A program made the translations under genes and the position numbers. From NCBI GenBank assembly GCA_964522695.1, contig CAZFWX010000002.1, forward strand, positions 1 to 60,585: DNA of 60,585 nt, in the 5' to 3' direction. Within the stretch, counting starts at the first letter, position 1; each line of letters begins with the position of its first letter. Shown here in pieces: positions 43,277-52,522 of the stretch. The stretch comes from an uncultured Desulfobacterales bacterium (GTDB taxonomy: Bacteria; Desulfobacterota; Desulfobaccia; Desulfobaccales; 0-14-0-80-60-11). Under the pieces are notes generated by a model. The model was given only the letters and a program-made list of their open reading frames with translations, had not been told where the DNA came from and did not search any database.

Positions 43277-45394
43277 ATGCGAAAATTTTTTTATCCCGAA
43301 AGTATCGCCGTCATCGGCGTTTCCGAGAACCCCAACAACCTGGCCCGGGGCATTGTGGACAACACCATCAGGGCCGGGTATCAGGGCAAGATTTTCCCCG
43401 TGGGCCCCCGTCGGGGCTTCACCCACGGCCTGACCATTTTTTCCCATATCCGCGAACTCCCCGAACCCGTGGACCTGGCGGTGATTCTCACGCCGGCCCG
43501 TTTCGTGCCCCAGGTGGTGGCGGACTGTGGCGACCTGGGGATTAAGCGGGTGGTGGTGGAATCGGGGGGCTTTTCGGAACTGGGGGAGCACGGCAGGGCC
43601 CTGGAGCAGGAGGTCCACGATCTGGTGCGCCGGTACGGCCTGCGCCTGGTGGGTCCCAACGGCCTGGGGGTCATCAACATGGAGGTGGGGCTGGCCCTGC
43701 CCTTTGCCCACATGCCCGGTTTTCCCCGCCCCGGAGGCATTTCCGTGATCGCCCAGAGTGGTGGGGTGGGCATGCACGTCATTGCCTGGATGGCCAAGGA
43801 AGGTCTAGGCCTGAACAAATTTCTGAGCCTGGGCAACAAACTGGACGTGGCGGAGAACGAGGCCCTGGCCTATTTTCTCCAGGACCCCGGCACCCAGGCA
43901 GTCTATATCTACTTGGAGGGTTTGGACAACGGCCGGGAACTCATGGCCATCGCCCAAAAGTCGCAGAAACCCGTATTTGTGCAGCTTCCCAACGTGGGAC
44001 CGGAAACCTCGGCCATCGCCTGGTCCCACACCGCCTCTTTGGCTTCGGATGAGCGGGTCATCGAGGCGGCCTGTCGGCAGGCGGGCATGCTGCGCGTCAA
44101 AAGCCAGGCCGAATTCCTGGTGGCTGCCAAACTGGTGGGGCAGCCGCCCGTGAGGGGCAACAAGGTGGTGATTCTCTCCCGCAGCGGCGGCGAAGCGGTC
44201 ATAGCCGCGTATGCCTGTTCCCAGTGGGGCTTCAAGCTGCCGCCCCTGGCCCCGCCTCTGGCCGACCTGATTCACAAGCGCTCGCGCTCGCAAATTATCA
44301 AGCCCACCAACCCCATTGACCTAGGTGACATCTTTGATTTTTCCGTCTATTCCGAGGTCATGGCGGCCCTGTGCGCCGACCCCGAGGTGGACGCGGTGGT
44401 CCTAAATTACGGGCCGGTCTATGATCCGGAGCGCCAGGCCGCCCGGGATATGGCCAAGGTGTTCATCGACCTGGCCCGCCAGGCGGAAAAGCCCCTGGCC
44501 GTCAGCATCTGCTCCAGCCTGGAAGAAGAGGCGTATTTCCGCGACCAGTTGGGCGTCCCGGTTTTCCACTTTCCCGGGGAAGCCGTCCGGGCCCTGGCCT
44601 ACAACCGCACCTGGTCCCGGCGGCCGGAACTCATGATGGGCCGGAAGCTGCCCCGCTTTAACCTGGACAAGGTGGCCCAGCTCCTCACCGATGCCCCCAG
44701 CGGTTTTTTGAGCCTGCCCGCGGCCCTTTCCCTGCTGCCCCTGTTGGGCATTCCGGTGCCCGGCTGGAAGATGGCCGGCAGCCAGGAGGAAGCCCTGGAA
44801 GCAGCGGCCGATCTGGGCTATCCCGTCTGTCTCAAGCTGTCTGCACCTTCCCTGATTCACAAAACCGAGGTGGGCGGGGTGCAGTTAAATCTTCAGAACC
44901 CCCAGGACTTAGCCGCTGCGTATGCCCGTTTGGAAGCCGTTGTCCGGGATCATCTGCCCCTGGGGGAAGAGTGGGAAGCGGTGGTGATGTCCCAAGTGCT
45001 GGAAGGGGAGGAGGTCATTGTGGGGTCCCGGCGGGATGAGGTCTTTGGGCCCGTGGTGGCCTTCGGGGCCGGAGGCATCTGGACCGAAGTCATGGAGGAC
45101 GTGGCCCTGCGGGTGGCCCCGCTCAATACTGACGAGACCCGGCGCCAGATCCTGGAAACCAGGATGGGCCGCATCCTTCAGGGCGTGCGGGGCAAACCCG
45201 CGGCGGACCTGGACGCCTTGAGCAACGCCCTGTGCGCTCTGTCCCAGCTGATGGTCACTTTCCCGCAGATCCAGGAGGTGGATCTGAACCCGGTGCGGGC
45301 CTTTCTGGGCAGCCGGGGTATTTTGGCCCTGGATGCCCGGGTTCGGGTGGGGGAGGCGGGCGGCGAAATCCAGGAAATCCCGGCAGAAGGGTAG
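43277..45394 (+). CDS. ADP-forming acetyl/acyl-CoA synthetase, second paralogue
   Basis: 705 aa from ATG 43277. SIAVIGVS..NLARGIV, GPNGLG, AQSGG and a C-terminal ATP-grasp domain. Same architecture as 31374..33404. Confidence 0.9.
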   Translation: MRKFFYPESIAVIGVSENPNNLARGIVDNTIRAGYQGKIFPVGPRRGFTHGLTIFSHIRELPEPVDLAVILTPARFVPQVVADCGDLGIKRVVVESGGFSELGEHGRALEQEVHDLVRRYGLRLVGPNGLGVINMEVGLALPFAHMPGFPRPGGISVIAQSGGVGMHVIAWMAKEGLGLNKFLSLGNKLDVAENEALAYFLQDPGTQAVYIYLEGLDNGRELMAIAQKSQKPVFVQLPNVGPETSAIAWSHTASLASDERVIEAACRQAGMLRVKSQAEFLVAAKLVGQPPVRGNKVVILSRSGGEAVIAAYACSQWGFKLPPLAPPLADLIHKRSRSQIIKPTNPIDLGDIFDFSVYSEVMAALCADPEVDAVVLNYGPVYDPERQAARDMAKVFIDLARQAEKPLAVSICSSLEEEAYFRDQLGVPVFHFPGEAVRALAYNRTWSRRPELMMGRKLPRFNLDKVAQLLTDAPSGFLSLPAALSLLPLLGIPVPGWKMAGSQEEALEAAADLGYPVCLKLSAPSLIHKTEVGGVQLNLQNPQDLAAAYARLEAVVRDHLPLGEEWEAVVMSQVLEGEEVIVGSRRDEVFGPVVAFGAGGIWTEVMEDVALRVAPLNTDETRRQILETRMGRILQGVRGKPAADLDALSNALCALSQLMVTFPQIQEVDLNPVRAFLGSRGILALDARVRVGEAGGEIQEIPAEG

Positions 45395-45401
45395 GGGGTC
45401 T

Positions 45402-46049
45402 GTGCTGCGGGAGGCCGCTGGCGATCTGCGGCATTTTCTGAACCGGGGCTATCCGCGGGAGCCCTGCCTGGTCCTGGTGGGCAACCGTTACCAACTGGAC
45501 CGCACCGCCCGGGATGTGCTGCGCCGGGGCGTCTTTGCCGCAGACCTGGCCGCGGCCCGGCAGAGAAAGATCCTGAGCCTGCATCTTCTGGCCGGCCGGC
45601 CCCTGGGCATCGACGGCCACAACGTCCTCATCACCCTGGAAAGCGCGCTCAAGGGCCTGCCCCTGGTGATGGCGGACGACGGCTTCATCCGGGACGTGGC
45701 CCGGCTTTCCCGGGGCTACCGGCAGTCCCACACTACGGATGCGGCCCTGGAGTTGCTGGCCGGCAGCCTGGCCCGGGCCCGGGTGGTCCCGGTGACCCTC
45801 TGGTTCGACGCCCCCATGAGCAGAAGCGGCGAGTTGGCCCGGCATGCCGGAGAAGTCTTGACCTCTTGCGGGCTTAAGGCCGCGGCCCAAGCCGTGCCGG
45901 TGCCGGAAAAGGATTTATTGGCCTTCCCCGGCGCCATCGCCACCAGCGACACCCACCTCATAGACGCCAGGGAAGAAGTGGTGGACCTGGCCGGGGAGAT
46001 TATTCTCTCCGACCCTGCCCTCTGCACCCATCTTGTTTCTCTGCTTTAG
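45402..46049 (+). CDS. DUF434/COG2454-like hypothetical protein
   Basis: The GTG start lies 8 nt after the upstream stop. The N-terminus LRHFLNRGYPREPCLVLVGNRYQLDRTARDVLRR resembles the DUF434 motif. Unverified. Confidence 0.55.
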   Translation: MLREAAGDLRHFLNRGYPREPCLVLVGNRYQLDRTARDVLRRGVFAADLAAARQRKILSLHLLAGRPLGIDGHNVLITLESALKGLPLVMADDGFIRDVARLSRGYRQSHTTDAALELLAGSLARARVVPVTLWFDAPMSRSGELARHAGEVLTSCGLKAAAQAVPVPEKDLLAFPGAIATSDTHLIDAREEVVDLAGEIILSDPALCTHLVSLL

Positions 46050-46061
46050 GAATTTTATGCA

Positions 46062-46109
46062 GGACACCCGCCCTCGGGTGTCTGCACAGGTGAGGACACC
46101 TGTGCCACC
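46062..46109 (+). repeat. Two tandem hairpins after the DUF434-like gene; the second is a REP unit of the ...CTGTGCCACC family
   Basis: GACACCCG-CCCT-CGGGTGTC (46062-46081) then GCACAGGTGAGGACACCTGTGCCACC (46084-46109), followed by TTTTG. Confidence 0.65.
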
Positions 46110-46299
46110 TTTTGACTACTTAGTAATATAACTTATTGATAAGACCAAATAAATCAAAGTTGTCATTCTGAGCGAAGCACAGATGCTAGTGTTGTTAATT
46201 CCCTAAACCCTTCACTGGGCTCAGGGTGACAGAAGAAAGAGGTTTTGCCAAAGATTCCAACCCGGCACGCGGAATTGCCCACGCAGCTAAATCCCCTCC

Positions 46300-48015
46300 T
46301 CATTTATTGATGAGTTTATACAACTCCTGGGCCTTGCCGGGGTCCAGCTTGGTCAGAACCTGGTAGCACTGCACCGCAACCACGCGATTCTTGATCTGCA
46401 GGCAGGCCTTGCCCAGCATGAAATAAGCGTCGGGGTCCTTGGGTGCGAGTTTCGCGGCGTTGGCAAAGGCCTGGACCGCGTCCTTATAGTGTTCGGCGTG
46501 ATAGTAGAGCATGCCCAGGTTGTAGACATACACCGCATTTTGCGGGTTGAGTTTCATGGCCTGGAGAAAAGCCTTCTGGGCTTCCTCATACTTGTCCAGA
46601 TGGCGGTAGGCGAGCCCCAGGTAATTGTAGGCCTTGGGATATCTGGGGTAGAGATCAACGGCCGTCAGGAAGGCCGTCAGGGCCTGCTGATAGTTCTTCT
46701 TGTCGTACAGCTTCACCCCCCGCTCGTAGGAGGCCTGGGCCTGGATGGTCTCCGGCGCCAGCATGGCCTTGGCCAGGGGTTGGACCGCGCCCGTTTGCAG
46801 CTGCCGGACATATTGCACCGGGATGGCGAAGTTGAGGTTCTGGCCGTGCAGAAAAAGGAAGGAAACCACTCCCACCACTTCGCCCTGATAGTTGATGACC
46901 GGCCCGCCGCTGGAGCCGTGGGAAATGGGCGCAGTGATCTGCAGCACCGGAATTTTGGGCAGGCCCTCTTCGGCCACCACCCGCACCGCGCCCACAATTC
47001 CCTCGCTGACGCTCTGCTCAAATCCCAACGGAGCCCCCAGGACGATCACCCGGTCCCCCACCTCCGGATTCGTCCGGGCCAGGGGCAGGACGCTATAAGA
47101 CGCTGCGGGGGCCTCAACCTGGGCCAGCACCAGATCCCACTCGGGTTTACGGCTCATGACCGGCACCCCCTTGATGGGGTAGAGCTTTTTGCCCACCAGC
47201 GCCTTGGCCCGCACCGCATTTTGCAGCACATGATAATTGGTGACCAGCACCCCCTGGTTATTGAGAAAAAAGCCGCTGCCCGTGGCCAGGGTGTTCGAGA
47301 TGTCGTAGGCATAGATTTTGACCACCGCGGGCAGTGCCCTTTTTATGAGCTGGGGCAGCGTCTCGGTGGCAGGGCCGCCAGGCGGGCGGGGGGCGGGCTG
47401 CGGCGCCGGTTGGGGCTGGGCCTCGCCGCCCCGGCCTGCCTCGCCTCCTTCCGCGGGCTTGGGTTCAGGGGAGGGCCGGGGGGAGCTTAGGCCCTGCTTC
47501 ACCAATTTCACAAAATCCTCGGGTAACTTCTTGCCCAGCTCCTGGGCTCGGGTGATGTCCTGATGGGCTTTGTCGTACTCCTTGAGCAGATAGTGCAGAT
47601 AGGCCCGATTGTAGTAGATATCGCCTTCATTGGGGTTCAGGTTCTCGGCCTTGGTGAAATCCACCATGGCCCGGGCCGGCAGGCCCTTGAACATATAGCA
47701 GCGCCCCCGTTGGATGTAGGCGCCGATGATGGGATGCATCTCTATTACCTTGGAATAATCGGCGATGGCCTCATCGTAGCGCTTGTGCATCTCATGGATG
47801 GCGCCCCTGAGGTAATAGGCCAGGTAAAGCTTGGGGTCCAGGTCAATGGCCCGGTTCAACTCCTTGAGGGCCTCGTCCATTTTCTTGGCGGCGAACAGAT
47901 CCTTGGCCTTGTCAAAGGCCGCCTGCGCTTCCTGGGAACCTTCCTGGGCCGCAGCCGGCAGGAGCCAGAGACACACTGCCAGCACCACGACGCCGCACAG
48001 GACCATCCGTCTCAT
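46300..48015 (-). CDS. Secreted TPR-repeat / trypsin-like serine protease (S1C) / TPR-repeat protein
   Basis: 571 aa with a signal peptide, N-terminal TPRs, a Pro-rich linker, a protease core (VTNYHV ... GSSGGPV) and C-terminal TPRs. No PDZ domain seen. GGAGG RBS. Confidence 0.85.
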   Translation of the reverse strand: MRRMVLCGVVVLAVCLWLLPAAAQEGSQEAQAAFDKAKDLFAAKKMDEALKELNRAIDLDPKLYLAYYLRGAIHEMHKRYDEAIADYSKVIEMHPIIGAYIQRGRCYMFKGLPARAMVDFTKAENLNPNEGDIYYNRAYLHYLLKEYDKAHQDITRAQELGKKLPEDFVKLVKQGLSSPRPSPEPKPAEGGEAGRGGEAQPQPAPQPAPRPPGGPATETLPQLIKRALPAVVKIYAYDISNTLATGSGFFLNNQGVLVTNYHVLQNAVRAKALVGKKLYPIKGVPVMSRKPEWDLVLAQVEAPAASYSVLPLARTNPEVGDRVIVLGAPLGFEQSVSEGIVGAVRVVAEEGLPKIPVLQITAPISHGSSGGPVINYQGEVVGVVSFLFLHGQNLNFAIPVQYVRQLQTGAVQPLAKAMLAPETIQAQASYERGVKLYDKKNYQQALTAFLTAVDLYPRYPKAYNYLGLAYRHLDKYEEAQKAFLQAMKLNPQNAVYVYNLGMLYYHAEHYKDAVQAFANAAKLAPKDPDAYFMLGKACLQIKNRVVAVQCYQVLTKLDPGKAQELYKLINK

Positions 48016-48117
48016 CGTCCTTCCTCCTTCAGGCCAGAACTGCCTGTTCCCTTCATCTTGCGGGTGAACAAAAGACTTGTCAAAGAGAAAAAACGGGCTT
48101 ATATTTAAGGATCATCG

Positions 48118-48192
48118 GGGCGGTTAACTCAGCGGTAGAGTGCCATCCTCACACGGTGGAAGTCACTGGTTCAAATCCAGTACCGCCTACCA
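48118..48192 (+). tRNA. tRNA-Val (anticodon CAC), CCA encoded
   Basis: Folded by hand. The acceptor stem is GGGCGGT/ACCGCCT, the D stem ACTC/GAGT, and the anticodon stem CCATC/GGTGG with loop CTCACAC. The T arm is ACTGG-TTCAAAT-CCAGT, followed by discriminator A and CCA. Confidence 0.9.
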
Positions 48193-48203
48193 GAAAATTC
48201 AAG

Positions 48204-48236
48204 GGGTTACGGTTTTCGGCCGTGACCCTTTTTTCT
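48204..48236 (+). terminator. Terminator hairpin after tRNA-Val
   Basis: GGGTTACGG (48204-48212), a loop and CCGTGACCC (48220-48228, one G-U pair), then TTTTTTCTTT. Confidence 0.55.
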
Positions 48237-48551
48237 TTATAGCCAGCATATGCTGACCGGTTTCTCCGGAAGGCCGATTCCCCCTGATACCCCAGATTTT
48301 GTAAGCCAGTTGGTGTGACAGCAAACCTTTGACGAAATGTGAGGCGGAATTGTCGGAGTTCATTTTCGAGGAAATGGGAAGGCTGGCCAAAAGGAAACAT
48401 CAATGCCGCTTGGACTAGCGGACAAAGGCATGGCGCGTCAGGATGCCGCCTTGAAGAGGCGCCGGTTTGACGAATCCTCAACCCGGATTGGGGAGGTATT
48501 TTGATGATCCGGAGATGAGAAAGGGGCCATTATAGCCCCGGTCCTGGCGCG

Positions 48552-48797
48552 CTACATGATTCCCGTGCCCTTGAGCAGAGCAATAAGGAAAACCGCGCCG
48601 CCCAGGGCCACAGCCGCCCGGGCGATGGGGCCATAGGCCGCCAGGCCGATGAATCCTGCCAGCATATGCCCCAGGCCGGAGCCCACAATCCCGACAATGA
48701 TGTTCGCCAGGATGCCCATCTGGGAGTCGGTCTTCATGATGAGACTGGCCACCCAGCCGATGATACCCCCGATGATAATGGTAAGAATGAGACCCAT
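48552..48797 (-). CDS. GlsB/YeaQ/YmgE-family stress-response membrane protein
   Basis: 81 aa. GGIIGWVASLIM...GILANIIVGIVGSGLG is typical of the family. GGAGG RBS. Confidence 0.85.
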   Translation of the reverse strand: MGLILTIIIGGIIGWVASLIMKTDSQMGILANIIVGIVGSGLGHMLAGFIGLAAYGPIARAAVALGGAVFLIALLKGTGIM

Positions 48798-48941
48798 GGC
48801 GTTTGCCTCCTGACTATCCCCAGAAATCTGTGGCTAAAAATCGCTGCTTGCCTATGGCCGCGGCCTGGTTCAGGCTGCCCGGCGCAATAATTGGGGGGCT
48901 CGAAGCCCCCCAACCGATTCTACAGAGTTTGAGCTCCCGGC

Positions 48942-49454
48942 TTAGGGAATCTTGGGGGGCGCAAACTTGGGCATGAGCACGGTGTCGATGCCGTGGGCCA
49001 CGCCGTTGCTGGCTTTCATGTCCGGCTGGACGATTTTGGCATTCACCACCATGACATCCCCGGCGCCGGCGAGCTGAAAAGTCAGAATCTCTGCTTCAGT
49101 GGTAGGGCACAGGGTTTTGCACTGCTTCAGAGCCGGCAGGTCTTTGGCCATATAGAGGCCGGGGACGATGTGATAGTAGAGGATGTTCTTCAAGATCTGC
49201 TCATCGGCCATGATCCGGTCATAGGTTTGCTTCGGCAGCTTGGCCCAGGCTTCATCCGTGGGCGCAAACGCAGTAAAGGGTCCCTGCATGGCTTTGAGTT
49301 CCTTGATGTTCGCCTTATCCAGAGCGGCCACCAGGGTTTTGAAGTTGCCTGCGGCCTTCAGGGTGTCGTAAATGTTCCCCGGGGCCTGGGCTGTGGCCAG
49401 GAAGGCGGGGAGCAGCAAGAATAGAGACACCATGACCGCAACTTTCATCTTCAT
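48942..49454 (-). CDS. Fasciclin (FAS1) domain protein with a signal peptide
   Basis: NIYDTLKAAGNFKTLVAALDKA...GPFTAFAPTDEAWAKLP...HIVPG. ATG 49454 with GGAGGG upstream. Confidence 0.85.
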   Translation of the reverse strand: MKMKVAVMVSLFLLLPAFLATAQAPGNIYDTLKAAGNFKTLVAALDKANIKELKAMQGPFTAFAPTDEAWAKLPKQTYDRIMADEQILKNILYYHIVPGLYMAKDLPALKQCKTLCPTTEAEILTFQLAGAGDVMVVNAKIVQPDMKASNGVAHGIDTVLMPKFAPPKIP

Positions 49455-49851
49455 AGCGCATCCCTCCAAATATGTTTTAATGAGACTGCTTGGCAAAGAC
49501 TTTTCTTTGCTGTGAAGGTGGGTGGGAAAGCCTGAGTTGGTTTAATGGGTGCTGAGCGCTTTCTTCGTCTCAGGGTGGTAAGACATGGTGGCGCTTTTTA
49601 ACTTTGCCAACTTCTCCTACGTTGGCCACCTCAACAAAATTACACAAAAATTAAGGATGATTTGGGGTGTGTCAAGAGATATTCCAGTAAATTTGGGGGT
49701 ATCAGGGCAGAAAAATAGGCGCCAAAAATGATGGGACGTCCCGGGGAGGGGAATGTTACCGGGAAAATGAGTGGAAGGCGTTGGGGTTGTCAGACGGAAG
49801 AAAAGCTTCGTCTGGCCAGGCGATTGTGGTATATTAGCACAAATTGGGCCT

Positions 49852-51189
49852 ATGGAGCCGGAACTGCCGCATATCTACACCGTGAGCAGCCTGACCCGGG
49901 AGATCCGGGAAAGGCTGGAAACCCATTTCCCCCTGGTCTGGGTCAGCGGGGAGGTGTCCAATCTCCGTTCCCCCTTCTCCGGCCACCTCTACTTCACCCT
50001 GAAAGACGGCGGCGCCCAGCTGAGGGCCGTGCTCTTCAAAGGCAATCATCAGCACCTGCGCTACAAACCTGCGGAAGGCGGCCAGGTGCTGTGCCGGGGC
50101 CGCATCACCGTGTACGAGGCCCGGGGCGATTACCAGCTCATCGTGGATTACCTGGAGCCCCTGGGGCTGGGGGCCCTGGCCCAGGCCTTTGAGGCCCTGA
50201 AGAACAGGCTGGCCGCGGAGGGCCTTTTCGACCCAACCCGCAAAAGGCCTTTGCCGTCCTTGCCGCGCCGCCTGGCCCTGGTGACCTCTCCCACGGGCGC
50301 GGTGGTGTGGGATTTTTTGCGTTTGCAGAAAAAGCGCTTTCCAGGCGTGCATGTGCTGATTTGCCCGGTGAAGGTGCAAGGAATGGAGGCGGCAGGCGAG
50401 ATTGTTCGGGCCCTGTCTGACCTGCAAAACGTTCCCGGTCTGGACGTCATCATTCTGGCCCGGGGGGGCGGGTCGCTGGAGGAACTGTGGCCCTTCAACG
50501 AGGAAGCGGTGGCCCGGGCCATCGCTGCGTCGGCCGTGCCGGTGGTGTCCGCGGTGGGCCACGAGGTGGACTTCACCATCGCCGACTTCGCCGCGGATGT
50601 GCGAGCCCCCACTCCTTCCGCTGCGGTGGGACTGGTGCTGCCGGACAGGCATGAACTGGAAGGCCGGCTGGCGCGCTTGGCCGGCTCCCTGCACCGGGGC
50701 TGGCGCCGTCATCTGGACGGGGAGCGCCGGCACCTGGATCAGGTGAGAAGGCGCTTGCCCGATTTGCGGCGGCGGCTGGTGGAGGCCCGGCTGCGTCTGG
50801 ACGACCGGTCCGAGGCCTTGCGGCGGCGTCTGGCCCGCCGGGTGGATGGAGGCCGGCAGGGCCTGCGCCTGGCCGCGTCCCGGCTCGTGCTGTTGAGCCC
50901 TGGGCGTCTGCTTGCCCGGGAGCGGCCCCGCCTGGACACCCTGACCTCCCGGCTGTGGCTGGGGTGGCGGCGGCGGCACCAGGAGCTGGGCCGGCACTTG
51001 GACTACTGCGCCAGCCACCTGACCAAGCTTGACCCCGCAGCCATTTTAGCCCGGGGCTATGCCGTGGCCACGAAGCTCCCCCAAGGCGTCATCCTGAAAG
51101 ACGCGGCCCAGGCGCCAGAGGGGTCACAGGTGCGAGTGCGGCTTGCCAAGGGGAGGCTTGATTGCCAGGTGACGGAAAGATTGCCGTAG
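49852..51189 (+). CDS. xseA: Exodeoxyribonuclease VII large subunit
   Basis: IYTVSSLTREIRERLETHFPLVWVSGEVSNLRSPFSGHLYFTLKD is the canonical XseA N-terminus. The start was moved to ATG 49852. Confidence 0.9.
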   Translation: MEPELPHIYTVSSLTREIRERLETHFPLVWVSGEVSNLRSPFSGHLYFTLKDGGAQLRAVLFKGNHQHLRYKPAEGGQVLCRGRITVYEARGDYQLIVDYLEPLGLGALAQAFEALKNRLAAEGLFDPTRKRPLPSLPRRLALVTSPTGAVVWDFLRLQKKRFPGVHVLICPVKVQGMEAAGEIVRALSDLQNVPGLDVIILARGGGSLEELWPFNEEAVARAIAASAVPVVSAVGHEVDFTIADFAADVRAPTPSAAVGLVLPDRHELEGRLARLAGSLHRGWRRHLDGERRHLDQVRRRLPDLRRRLVEARLRLDDRSEALRRRLARRVDGGRQGLRLAASRLVLLSPGRLLARERPRLDTLTSRLWLGWRRRHQELGRHLDYCASHLTKLDPAAILARGYAVATKLPQGVILKDAAQAPEGSQVRVRLAKGRLDCQVTERLP

Positions 51190-51202
51190 CAATGTTGAAT
51201 GT

Positions 51203-51257
51203 GGCGCCAAGCACAGCTTGGTCGGCAATGGCGCCCCCAGGCCGGAACTTGGGAACG
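51203..51257. repeat. Two REP-like units (..CCAAGC..GCTTGG.. family) between xseA and xseB
   Basis: GGCGCCAAGCACAGCTTGGTCGGC (51203-51226) and CCCCCAGGCCGGAACTTGGGAACG (51234-51257). Confidence 0.6.
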
Positions 51258-51370
51258 AGAAAAGATCGCTGTGAATTGTTGAGATAGTTTCTTAAATTTT
51301 TTCTGATAAATTTTAGCATTTATGAAAATGTGCCGTAGGTGAAGAATGATCAGATCGCGGTCCGCAAACC

Positions 51371-51628
51371 ATGGCCAAAAAAGAAAAAGCGCAGCCCAGC
51401 TTTGAAGCGGCCTTAAAGCGCCTGGAAGAGGTGTTGGAGGCCCTGGAGCACGGCAACCTGGACCTGGAGGCGGCCATGCGCTCCTTCGAGGAAGGGGTGG
51501 GCCTGGTGAAATATTGTCATGAACGCTTAAACGAGGTGGAACAACGGGTGGAACTGCTGCTCAAGGATGAGGCGGGCAAGTTCTTCACCCGGCCATTCGC
51601 CGGAGACGAGGGTGAGGGTGAACCTTAA
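51371..51628 (+). CDS. xseB: Exodeoxyribonuclease VII small subunit
   Basis: 85 aa. SFEAALKRLEEVLEALEHGNLDLEAAMRSFEEGVGLVKYC is the family pattern. Confidence 0.9.
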   Translation: MAKKEKAQPSFEAALKRLEEVLEALEHGNLDLEAAMRSFEEGVGLVKYCHERLNEVEQRVELLLKDEAGKFFTRPFAGDEGEGEP

Positions 51629-52508
51629 AGCCTATCTGGAAGAGCGCCGGGGGCTGGTCAACCGGGCCCTGGAGGGATATCTGCCCCGGGTGCGGGGTCC
51701 CGCCTTCCGGGTAGTGGAGGCCATGCATTACAGCCTCATGGCCGGCGGCAAACGCCTGCGCCCCATCCTGTGCATGGCTGCGGCCGAAGCCGTGGACGGC
51801 GATCACCGGGAGGCGTTGCCGGTGGCCTGCGCCCTGGAAATGATCCACACCTATTCTTTGATCCACGACGATCTGCCGGCCATGGACGACGACGACCTGC
51901 GCCGGGGCCGGCCCACCTGCCACAAGCAGTACGACGAAGCCACGGCCATCCTGGCGGGAGACGGCCTGCTCACCGAGGCCTTCCGGGTGATAGCGGCCGC
52001 CGCGGGCCAATTTCCCGGACGGGAGAGGATGCTGCTGGAAATCATGGAACTGGTGGCCGCCGGGGCCGGCTACCAGGGCATGGTGGGCGGCCAGATGCTG
52101 GACCTTTTGGCCGAGGGACGGACCGTTACCCTGAAGGAATTGGAAATGGTCCACCGCCTGAAGACCGGGGCCCTGTTAGCCGTGGCCGTGCGCAGCGGCG
52201 GCCTGGTGGGGGGCGGGAGCCGGGCCGACGTGACCCATCTCACCAGCTATGGGGAGAAATTCGGGCTGGCCTTTCAGGTTACCGACGACCTGCTGGACGT
52301 GGAGGGTGAGGCCGCGGAAATGGGCAAGGCGCCGGGCATGGACGAGAAGCGCCGGAAAGCCACTTATCCCGCGCTGCTGGGCCGGGACCAGGCCCGGCAG
52401 TGGGCCAGGCGTCTGGTGGACGAAGCCGTGAATGATTTGGAGACCTTGGGAGACCGGGCCGAACCGCTCAGGGAAATCGCCCGTTATCTTTTGGTGCGCC
52501 GCAGTTAA
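51618..52508 (+). CDS. ispA: Polyprenyl (farnesyl/geranylgeranyl) diphosphate synthase
   Basis: [19 protein letters not shown] (first DDxxD box) and FQVTDDLLD (second box). A GTG start at 51618 (or 51612) overlaps the end of xseB. Confidence 0.85.
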   Translation: MNLKAYLEERRGLVNRALEGYLPRVRGPAFRVVEAMHYSLMAGGKRLRPILCMAAAEAVDGDHREALPVACALEMIHTYSLIHDDLPAMDDDDLRRGRPTCHKQYDEATAILAGDGLLTEAFRVIAAAAGQFPGRERMLLEIMELVAAGAGYQGMVGGQMLDLLAEGRTVTLKELEMVHRLKTGALLAVAVRSGGLVGGGSRADVTHLTSYGEKFGLAFQVTDDLLDVEGEAAEMGKAPGMDEKRRKATYPALLGRDQARQWARRLVDEAVNDLETLGDRAEPLREIARYLLVRRS

Positions 52509-52522
52509 TTGGGGGAGAGACC

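Noticed and set aside
46161-46231. Inverted repeat TGTCATTCTGAGC ... GCTCAGGGTGACA (two T/G positions) around a 45-nt loop, considered as another repeat family or an sRNA.
   Set aside because: There is only one copy in this window and no promoter or terminator context that I can support. It is noted as a hairpin only.
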